From assembly GCA_037142775.1 (NCBI GenBank), contig JBAWZY010000003.1, forward strand, positions 160,444 to 224,443: DNA of 64,000 nt, written 5' to 3'. The stretch's first letter is position 1. Each line of letters starts with the position of its first letter. Both the position numbers and the translations under genes were made by a program. Origin of the DNA: Chitinophagia bacterium (lineage in GTDB: Bacteria; Bacteroidota; Bacteroidia; Chitinophagales; Chitinophagaceae). Below, piece after piece: positions 56,839-64,000 of the stretch. The notes beneath the pieces are model-generated. The model saw nothing but the letters and a program-made list of their open reading frames with translations. It ran no database searches and was not told the origin of the DNA.

Positions 56839-57240
56839 ATGTATAAATTAGAGCACATCGGTATTGCGGTCAAGCAGCTATCTACTGCCATTCCATTATA
56901 TGAGCAATTGCTCAACACCAATTGTTATAAGCAGGAAGCCGTACCCAGTGAGGGAGTTACCACCGCTTTCTACCGAACCGGAGCATCCAAAATTGAGTTG
57001 CTGGAAAGTGCTGATCCAAACGGAGTAATTGCTCGTTATATTGAGAAAAAGGGAGAGGGGTTACATCATATCGCTTTTGAGGTATCAGATATCAGAGCAG
57101 AAATGAAAAGATTAACTGCCGCAGGATATCAATTATTGAGCGAAGAACCCAAAATGGGTGCCGATAATAAATGGGTTTGTTTTGTACATCCCAAATCCAC
57201 AGGCGGAGTATTGGTTGAATTATGTGAAGACAGGGGATAA
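56839..57240 (+). CDS. mce: Methylmalonyl-CoA epimerase
   Basis: EHIGIAV, KIELLE, GEGLHHIAF, F.HPKSTGGVLVELCE (VOC fold). Confidence 0.9.
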   Translation: MYKLEHIGIAVKQLSTAIPLYEQLLNTNCYKQEAVPSEGVTTAFYRTGASKIELLESADPNGVIARYIEKKGEGLHHIAFEVSDIRAEMKRLTAAGYQLLSEEPKMGADNKWVCFVHPKSTGGVLVELCEDRG

Positions 57241-57258
57241 TTCACAACCAAACAGCAA

Positions 57259-57972
57259 TTAAATTCCCAGTTTGATAAGGGCAGTTTGAGCCGCCTGCTG
57301 GCTGGCATCTTTTTTATTATATCCCTGTCCGGAAGCAATCACCTCTCCATCCAGCAACACGTTCATTAAAAAAAGGCGGCGATTCCCTTCCCGTTTTTCA
57401 TCTACCAGATCGAAAAGCAGCGATTTTCCATTTTTACTGGCCCAACCGATGAGTTTATTTTTCAAATTAATGTCTATTGATTCCAGATCGTCTACAAACA
57501 TGTGGGGGAGCACAATCTGATTGAGTACCCAATGTTGTGTTTTGCGATATCCTTTATCGAGATAAACGGCTCCTACTAAAGCCTCGAGTGTGTTTCCGAA
57601 AATATGACTGCCTTTAAGGGCGTTATCAAATTTGTTGTAAAAGGTAAGTTTACGGAGTCCCATGCGAAGGGCGATTTCATTCAATTGCTGACGATTCACC
57701 ATTTTGCTGCGCATTTCTGTTAGATAGCCCTCTCCTTTATAGGGATAGCGTTTAAATAGATAATCAGCAACAACTGCGCTAAGAATTGCGTCGCCTAGGT
57801 ATTCGAGGCGCTCATTATTTTCATCTGGTGTTTCTTTAACTGAACGATGACTAAGGGCTATACGGTACAATTGGGTATTGGAGGTATCAATACCCAGCAG
57901 TTCCTTCAGTTGAAGGGCAAATTTACTTTCGTATCCCGGCTTTCTTGAAAAGAAGCTGAAGATTTGTATCAC
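57259..57972 (-). CDS. rnc: Ribonuclease III
   Basis: NERLEYLGDAIL signature, GNTLEALVGAVYLD, C-terminal dsRBD. GTG start. Confidence 0.96.
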   Translation of the reverse strand: MIQIFSFFSRKPGYESKFALQLKELLGIDTSNTQLYRIALSHRSVKETPDENNERLEYLGDAILSAVVADYLFKRYPYKGEGYLTEMRSKMVNRQQLNEIALRMGLRKLTFYNKFDNALKGSHIFGNTLEALVGAVYLDKGYRKTQHWVLNQIVLPHMFVDDLESIDINLKNKLIGWASKNGKSLLFDLVDEKREGNRRLFLMNVLLDGEVIASGQGYNKKDASQQAAQTALIKLGI

Positions 57973-57976
57973 GTTC

Positions 57977-59230
57977 TCAAGCTAAGTATTTTTTCACAAT
58001 TACGCAAGCATTGTGACCTCCAAAGCCAAAAGTGTTACTAAGTGCAGCCCGAACCAGGCGTTGCTGAGGCTGGTGGAAAGTATAATTTAACCGGGTATCC
58101 AGTTCAGGATCATCGGTAAAGTGATTGATAGTTGGGGGAACGATATCGTGCACTACACTTTTAATCGCTGCTATTGCTTCAATTACTCCGGCAGCACCCA
58201 GGCAGTGACCTGTCATTGACTTGGTGGAAGAAATATTCAGGTTATACGAATGTTCGCCAAACACATCTAAAATTGCATTCAGTTCTGCACCGTCACCTAA
58301 AGGGGTGGAAGTGCCATGCGTATTAATGTAGTCAATATCTTCCGGATTCATTCCTGCATCCTGTAAGGCGGCAAGCATTACATTTTTAGCTCCTAATCCT
58401 TCCGGATGAGGTGCGGTTAAATGGTATGCATCTGCTGTTGCACCTCCACCTGCAATTTCACAATAAATTTTAGCTCCTCTTTTAATAGCATGTTCGTATT
58501 CTTCCAATACTAGCACTCCGGAAGCTTCTCCCATAACAAATCCATCGCGGTCTTTATCATAAGGTCTACTTGCAGTGAGGGGATCATCATTTCTTTCGCT
58601 AAGGGCTTTCATCGCATTAAATCCTCCAACTCCAGACTCACCAATTACAGACTCAGCCCCTCCACTCAAAATAATATCGGCCCTTCCCATTCGAATATTA
58701 TCTGCCGCAACAATTATCGCATTGGTACTGGAAGCACAAGCACTAACCACTGCATAGTTGGGGCCTCGAAAGCCATGGCGCATTGATATTTGTCCGGCAG
58801 CAATATCCAAAATCATTTTAGGAATAAAGAATGGATTAAAACGGGGGATACCACCACCTTTTGCAAATTCCATTACTTCGTCTTGGAATGTAACCAGCCC
58901 ACCAATTCCACTGGCAATAATTACACCCACTCGATCTATATTAACATTTTCGCGAGAGATTCCTGCATCTGCTACAGCCATATCACTGGCGGCCAATGCG
59001 ATTTGTGTAAATCGATCTAATTTTCTTGCCTCTTTTTTATCCATATACTGGAGAGGATCGAAATTTTTGATTTCGCAGGCGATACGGGTCTTAAATTTTG
59101 TAGCATCAAATAAAGTGATGGGGCCACACCCAGACACACCATTCAACAATCCCTGCCAGAATTCATCCAGATTATTTCCAATGGGGGTAATGGCTCCTAT
59201 GCCAGTAACAACAACTCTCTTCAATTGCAT
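57977..59230 (-). CDS. fabF: 3-oxoacyl-ACP synthase II
   Basis: KRVVVTGIG, SACASS (Cys), NTHGTST, KSMTGH, SNTFGFGG. Start moved to the ATG at 59230. Confidence 0.97.
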   Translation of the reverse strand: MQLKRVVVTGIGAITPIGNNLDEFWQGLLNGVSGCGPITLFDATKFKTRIACEIKNFDPLQYMDKKEARKLDRFTQIALAASDMAVADAGISRENVNIDRVGVIIASGIGGLVTFQDEVMEFAKGGGIPRFNPFFIPKMILDIAAGQISMRHGFRGPNYAVVSACASSTNAIIVAADNIRMGRADIILSGGAESVIGESGVGGFNAMKALSERNDDPLTASRPYDKDRDGFVMGEASGVLVLEEYEHAIKRGAKIYCEIAGGGATADAYHLTAPHPEGLGAKNVMLAALQDAGMNPEDIDYINTHGTSTPLGDGAELNAILDVFGEHSYNLNISSTKSMTGHCLGAAGVIEAIAAIKSVVHDIVPPTINHFTDDPELDTRLNYTFHQPQQRLVRAALSNTFGFGGHNACVIVKKYLA

Positions 59231-59322
59231 GGTTAACCTGATTAACTGATAATCCGCCATCATGCAACTCTTTGGAGACTACATAATGACGGATCTTGAA
59301 TTATTCCTGTAAAGGAGTACAA

Positions 59323-59559
59323 CTATTTTGCGTGCTCTTCCAGGTAAGCAACGGCTTGACCAACTGTAGTGATGGTTTCAGCCTGCTCATCTGGGATGGA
59401 GATATTGAATTCTTTTTCAAACTCCATGATTAGCTCAACTGTGTCAAGCGAATCAGCACCCAAATCATTGGTAAAAGAAGCTTCATTAGTCACCTCGGCC
59501 TCATCCACTCCTAATTTGTCAACAATGATTTTTTTAACTCTTGATGCGATGTCAGACAT
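59323..59559 (-). CDS. acpP: Acyl carrier protein
   Basis: [20 protein letters not shown] phosphopantetheine site. Confidence 0.98.
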   Translation of the reverse strand: MSDIASRVKKIIVDKLGVDEAEVTNEASFTNDLGADSLDTVELIMEFEKEFNISIPDEQAETITTVGQAVAYLEEHAK

Positions 59560-59582
59560 TGTAAAATGTTTTGTTACAGGCG

Positions 59583-59590
59583 CAAAAATA
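59583..59590 (-). promoter_or_regulatory. -7 element (TATTTTTG) for acpP-fabF-rnc
   Basis: Exact TAnnTTTG match 23 nt upstream of the acpP ATG. Confidence 0.55.
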
Positions 59591-59721
59591 TACTTTTTGT
59601 TAAATAACCAATGTTTTTCAAAATATTTGTTTCCACTACTTGAAGGCGGTTTGACCGATTTTTAGGATTTTTTGCCGGTTTTTAGCGATTTCAGATGTAA
59701 ATTAGAGTAATTCTTAAGCAA

Positions 59722-60150
59722 ATGGCTCTTAAAATCATCGATCATGGTTCCCCGGAATACCAAAAAATGGTAGAATTAAGGCTGCAATTGCTTAGGAAAC
59801 CTTTAGGATTAGATTTTACCCCGGAAGAATTGGAAAAGGAAAAAGTAGATATTTTACTAGGGTGTTTTGAGGATGGGGAACTGGAAGCCTGCTGTATTTT
59901 AACTGAAACCGACCCATACACCATACGCCTAAGACAAATGGCAGTTGGAGCAGCCTTGCAGGGAAAGGGTATTGGACGGGTGTTGATGAGTTTTGCTGAA
60001 AACATCGCTCGTGACCGAAAATATAAACGACTAACCATGCATGCACGCAAATCTGCTGTGGGCTTTTATGAAAAAAGTGGTTACCGTATTTGCAGTGATG
60101 AGTTCACGGAGGTTACCATCCCCCACTATGTAATGGAGAAGAACTTATAG
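59722..60150 (+). CDS. GNAT N-acetyltransferase (ElaA/YjcF-like)
   Basis: LRQMAV...QGKGIG acetyl-CoA motif, HAR..A..FY.K.GY, PH..M.K.L. Confidence 0.88.
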   Translation: MALKIIDHGSPEYQKMVELRLQLLRKPLGLDFTPEELEKEKVDILLGCFEDGELEACCILTETDPYTIRLRQMAVGAALQGKGIGRVLMSFAENIARDRKYKRLTMHARKSAVGFYEKSGYRICSDEFTEVTIPHYVMEKNL

Positions 60151-60159
60151 CTTGCCATT

Positions 60160-60633
60160 CTAATCTCCGATTTTCTCCTGCAACATTTTTCTAACTGCAG
60201 ACATCTCATCTGCATCCACACCCTCTTTTGGTAAAAGAAAAAAGGAACGGGGTGAGAAATATAGATGAAAGAAATAAGGACTTTCAAAATACCTGCTAAA
60301 TTGCTTCCACTCCCACATAGCCGATCCCCGGTCGTTCTCAAGTTGTACCTCCTGATCATTTAGATAAACTATAAAAGAATCACGAAAAGTGGGCGATTTG
60401 GCATAGATACTTCGGGGCATTATATACCAGAATGCTGCCATAAGCCCGAGCCATATCAACGATCCTAATAAAAAGGGCTCCGGCCGAATGAGTTTCCAGT
60501 AAAAAAGTCCGGCTGATGCAATAGCAAACACATTCACCACAATCATTAATATTCTTATTTCAGTACGCTGTATGAAATGGTACCGAAGTGCCTGCATTAC
60601 TTTGTTTTTTTGATAGACTACTTGAATTTTCAT
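60160..60633 (-). CDS. YcxB-family membrane protein
   Basis: Two TM helices followed by a soluble domain W..F..Y.ES...F.LY...SFFLLPK. Confidence 0.7.
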   Translation of the reverse strand: MKIQVVYQKNKVMQALRYHFIQRTEIRILMIVVNVFAIASAGLFYWKLIRPEPFLLGSLIWLGLMAAFWYIMPRSIYAKSPTFRDSFIVYLNDQEVQLENDRGSAMWEWKQFSRYFESPYFFHLYFSPRSFFLLPKEGVDADEMSAVRKMLQEKIGD

Positions 60634-60681
60634 TGAATAGATATGCTGGGCAAAAATACAATTGCTATCAGCAAGAATCGA

Positions 60682-61734
60682 TTACTTGGGATTGTTCTTT
60701 TCAAAATCTTTTACCCATGCTGCAAGCCTTCCGGTAGCAGGAACCGGAATACCGGAAGTGATAACAACCCTGTATTGAAATCGCACCGATGCTCCCTTAT
60801 TTAATCTATAATTCAGGTTTTCGGTTCCTTTCGAAAATATTTTCTGACCGAGGGGATTAGCTGCAAATAATCCATAATTTCTGGCATGCCAATAGGTGGG
60901 ATAGCCAGGATTGGAGGGATGATCGATTATCGTGATACTAATGGGTGTTCCAGCCCTCCTTCCAAACAACATACACCAATTACCCCTGGTACCCCAGGCT
61001 TCATCCCCTTCCTTGCCGGCTGATGTTATGTATTGTCCGGTAACCGATGCGTCCTTTACTGCATTAATTTTGGTAATATTTCCCTGAGCATCTGCGTATT
61101 CTTTTGTTTCTGTTACCGGTAATTCTAATTCATGCGCCACCCGCAAGCCCAGCAAACCATCTTTCGCATCGGGCATTGAAACGGGCATAGCTGCCGTTAG
61201 TTCGGTAATCCTGTCAATCCATCTAACCTGCTTGTCTTCATGAAATATCAATGTCGTTTTTTCCTGAAGTATTACCTGTTGTTGCTGATTCGTCCAATCG
61301 GCGAGGTATTCAATAGTTCCCTGATTTCCCCCTTCTGCCCTAAGAATTTTCCGGGTTCGAATCCATCCATATAAATGTTTTTTGTCTGCGGGTATGGCAA
61401 AAGAGTTATTCCAAAAGTCGAGTCCGTTCACTTTTTCATAATTCATCCATAAACCTAAATGATGCGGATGATCGGTTGGATCATTCGGTGCGGGATTCCA
61501 GGGAAAACCTCGGGTTATGGGCAATCCATCTGCTGCCACAATAGGATATAATACCGGTTTTTCGATGGTATCCGAATATACCAATTGTGTGAATAACCGA
61601 TTATTGACTTTAACCTCAATCCGCTTTTCGGTGGGATTATCGGATACCAAAAACTGAGCTGCCGGTTGGGCACGCAGGTAATTGCCAAAGGAAGTAAAAA
61701 CGATGCAGGTAAAGAATATTCCATGTTTTTTCAT
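60682..61734 (-). CDS. Secreted DUF6807 / 'PmoA-like' family protein (not a methane monooxygenase)
   Basis: Signal peptide, KP.LYPI, TR.FP, DHPHH.GLW, DHP.NP..PT.WHAR.YGLFA.NP motifs. Confidence 0.75.
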   Translation of the reverse strand: MKKHGIFFTCIVFTSFGNYLRAQPAAQFLVSDNPTEKRIEVKVNNRLFTQLVYSDTIEKPVLYPIVAADGLPITRGFPWNPAPNDPTDHPHHLGLWMNYEKVNGLDFWNNSFAIPADKKHLYGWIRTRKILRAEGGNQGTIEYLADWTNQQQQVILQEKTTLIFHEDKQVRWIDRITELTAAMPVSMPDAKDGLLGLRVAHELELPVTETKEYADAQGNITKINAVKDASVTGQYITSAGKEGDEAWGTRGNWCMLFGRRAGTPISITIIDHPSNPGYPTYWHARNYGLFAANPLGQKIFSKGTENLNYRLNKGASVRFQYRVVITSGIPVPATGRLAAWVKDFEKNNPK

Positions 61735-61752
61735 ACTGCACCCGGTTATTGA

Positions 61753-63330
61753 TTAGGGTAAAATAACCTGTTTTTCCTTTGGAACAAGGAATTTCATAAT
61801 TCTCCAGGCAAACAAATAAGCAACGGCACAATACACAAACATCATTGTATATGCAGTATTCATGGAAACATGTACCCATTGTTTTTGCAAATTCACCAAT
61901 TGACTAAATCCTTCGGGATTGATTTGTTGTATTTGAGATTGCAGATCTGCCGACAGACTATATAATTCTTTTTTACCTAAATCAATCAATGTTCCCTGTT
62001 TGTCGGTTAATTTGAGTTGTTGAATCTGTGATACCAAACTACTTAATCCTGCTTCTGATGCTTTTGTAAATGCTTGCTGAATTCCGGATGCTTTGTATGA
62101 ATCGAATAACCATCCACCAATTTTTGAAATGATTACCCCGCCCAAACCACCTGCCATTCCCCCTAATCCCACAACGGAAGCAATGGCCTTTTTAGGAAAC
62201 ATGTCGGAAACAGTAGTAAAAATATTTGCCGACCATGCCTGGTGTGCAGAGGTTCCGATTCCAATGAGTAATACGGGCACCCAATAACTGATACTGCCAA
62301 AAGGGAGAGATAATAATACCACCAGTGGAATAAATGCAATGGCCAACATGGCTTTCATTCTTCCATCGTAAGGCTTATATCCTTTATTGATAAAATAAGT
62401 AGGGAACCAACCTCCTCCTACACTTCCAATCATCGTCATGCTATACAACACTGCAAGAGGAATCATTACAGTTGTTCCTTCTATTCCATATTGGTCTTTC
62501 AAAAAACCGGGTAACCAGAAAAGATAAAACCACCATACACCATCGGTTAAAAATTTACCAATAAAGAAAGACCATGTTTGGTTGAATCCCAATAAGGTTA
62601 ACCAAGGAGTTTTTTCACCTGTGGCTGTATGAGCAGATTCTTCGTTGTCGCTTTGTATGTAAGCAAGTTCGGAGGGAGATAATCTTTTTTGTTCTTCCGG
62701 TTTTTCGTAAAACATGAACCAGAAAATCAACCATAAAAACCCAATGGCTCCGATGATAATAAATGCAGCTTCCCATCCAAGGTGTTTTGCAATCCAGGGA
62801 ACAGACAATGGAGCAAGTACAGCACCGATATTGGCACCTGAATTAAAAATCCCTGTTGAAAACGATCTTTCCTTTTTAGGAAAATATTCGGCAGTTGCTT
62901 TAATAGCTGCAGGAAAGTTTCCTGCTTCCCCAAAACCGAGCAGTGCTCTTGAAATCATGAACCCCAAAATTGAAACCGGCACGGTAACAATGCCAACCAA
63001 GCCCAGAAAACCTGATACAGCGGTACCCAGCGGCACTGCATAAGCATGCACAATAGCTGCGAGCGACCAGATAATGATAGACCAGGCATATCCCCATTTG
63101 GTTCCCAGCCGATCTACAATTCTTCCAGCAAAAACCATTGAAATTGCATAAACAAACTGAAATACAGAAGTAATATTGGCATAATCGGAGTTCGTCCAGT
63201 TAAACTCTTTCTCCAGCAATGGCTTCAATAAACTTAGCACCTGCCTGTCGAGATAGTTAACAGTAGTTGCAAAAAACAATAATGCGCAGATGGTCCACCG
63301 ATAGTTTCCTATTTTCTCAGCGTTGCTCAT
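61753..63330 (-). CDS. MFS hexuronate transporter (ExuT-like) with long loop insertion
   Basis: RW.ICALLFFATT.NY.DRQ, EAGNFPAAIKA.AE.FP..ER, GIFNSG.NIGA, WWF.LFW.P, AHQAWSAN, V.G.GG.AG. Confidence 0.88.
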   Translation of the reverse strand: MSNAEKIGNYRWTICALLFFATTVNYLDRQVLSLLKPLLEKEFNWTNSDYANITSVFQFVYAISMVFAGRIVDRLGTKWGYAWSIIIWSLAAIVHAYAVPLGTAVSGFLGLVGIVTVPVSILGFMISRALLGFGEAGNFPAAIKATAEYFPKKERSFSTGIFNSGANIGAVLAPLSVPWIAKHLGWEAAFIIIGAIGFLWLIFWFMFYEKPEEQKRLSPSELAYIQSDNEESAHTATGEKTPWLTLLGFNQTWSFFIGKFLTDGVWWFYLFWLPGFLKDQYGIEGTTVMIPLAVLYSMTMIGSVGGGWFPTYFINKGYKPYDGRMKAMLAIAFIPLVVLLSLPFGSISYWVPVLLIGIGTSAHQAWSANIFTTVSDMFPKKAIASVVGLGGMAGGLGGVIISKIGGWLFDSYKASGIQQAFTKASEAGLSSLVSQIQQLKLTDKQGTLIDLGKKELYSLSADLQSQIQQINPEGFSQLVNLQKQWVHVSMNTAYTMMFVYCAVAYLFAWRIMKFLVPKEKQVILP

Positions 63331-63989
63331 GCTTGAAGAGTTTTAATGATTGCCATCACCTCTTGGGTGGCCTTGGTAATTTGCGCAAAATCTCGGGCTT
63401 CGAGCAAATGTTTAGAAATGAGTTTACTTCCCATACCCACGGCACATACTCCTGCTTTGAACCAACCAGCTATATTTTCCCGATCGAGTTCTACCCCGCC
63501 GGTAGGCATAAATAGTAACTGAGGAAATAATTCTTTGATTGCCGACATAAATCCCGGTCCTAACACATTACCAGGAAATAATTTAATCATTCGTGCCCCC
63601 TGATTTTCAGCAGCAATAATTTCGGAGGGAGTCATGCAACCGGGTACCCATAACTTATCATGCTGGTCGGCAACTTTGGCAACTTCGGGAATCCAGCCAG
63701 GACAGATAATATAATCGGCACCGGCGTCGATGAAAGTTTGTGCCATGTCGGCATTCTTAATAGTACCTATCCCCAGATACAAGTCTTTCATTTCCGATTC
63801 GCAATGTTGCTTCATCAATTTGAAATTAGCAAGTGCTGCTTCTCCTCTATTGGTGTATTCAACAGCACGAATGCCTGCATCGTACAATGCTTTGAGGACT
63901 TGCAGGCTAACCTCAGCATCTTTATGAAAAAATAAGGGTAAAATTCCCTGACGGGGAATCAATTGCAGGAGTTCATTTTTTGTATTCAT
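63327..63989 (-). CDS. eda: KDPG/KHG aldolase
   Basis: GIR.VEYT.R, GIGTI, PG.MTPSEI, IKLFP, MPTGGV, GMGS.L. ATGA overlap with the MFS gene. Confidence 0.92.
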   Translation of the reverse strand: MNTKNELLQLIPRQGILPLFFHKDAEVSLQVLKALYDAGIRAVEYTNRGEAALANFKLMKQHCESEMKDLYLGIGTIKNADMAQTFIDAGADYIICPGWIPEVAKVADQHDKLWVPGCMTPSEIIAAENQGARMIKLFPGNVLGPGFMSAIKELFPQLLFMPTGGVELDRENIAGWFKAGVCAVGMGSKLISKHLLEARDFAQITKATQEVMAIIKTLQA

Positions 63990-64000
63990 ATAGCGTTTAA

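Noticed and set aside
57259-59559. RNase III gene inside a fatty-acid operon (acpP-fabF-rnc)
   Set aside because: Common Bacteroidota gene order, not novel.
60682-61734. 'PmoA' label implying methane oxidation
   Set aside because: Soluble secreted protein with no TM helices and no pmoB/pmoC neighbours; unrelated to particulate methane monooxygenase subunit A.
135-63935. The many 60-165 aa ORFs nested in or antisense to long genes (e.g. 58758-59249, 30399-30806, 13824-14168, 17259-17597)
   Set aside because: All overlap well-supported genes, show no family motifs, and are expected by chance.
1-64000. CRISPR arrays, tRNA, rRNA, prophage genes
   Set aside because: No regularly spaced direct repeats, cloverleaf-like or rRNA-like segments, or phage structural genes seen; the spacers are short and accounted for.

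Overview
This is a 64-kb, densely coding, moderately AT-rich chromosomal segment of a Bacteroidota bacterium. Gene content and protein style (gldF/gldG, MurF-Alr fusion, split transketolase, group II GGGP synthase, HmuY, many TAnnTTTG -7 promoter elements) point to Bacteroidota, probably Chitinophagaceae; the family call is inference. It is mostly housekeeping genes: glyA, uvrA, purQ, kup, metG, dxs, scpA, mscL, ppk2, frr, rbfA, ileS, lspA, iscS-iscU-iscA, acpP-fabF-rnc, eda. I found no rRNA, tRNA, CRISPR array, transposase or integrase. The main anomalies are: (1) a loop-less perfect 54-bp palindrome (34089-34142) in front of a HigBA-order toxin-antitoxin pair whose toxin, absent from the ORF track, carries an in-frame TAA; (2) a DksA/TraR protein with about 175 residues of histone-H1-like PAKK repeats, one Cys and no canonical DxxDxA tip; (3) a DsbD whose own N-terminal domain has no cysteines, while the gene directly upstream encodes a stand-alone N-domain with the Cys pair; (4) a HmuY-family lipoprotein with no histidine; (5) an archaeal-type GGGP synthase; (6) an ExuT-like MFS transporter with an about 80-residue loop insertion. 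All family assignments come from motif recognition by eye, not from database searches. Several starts were moved downstream of the ORF-track start where homology and promoter position support it.
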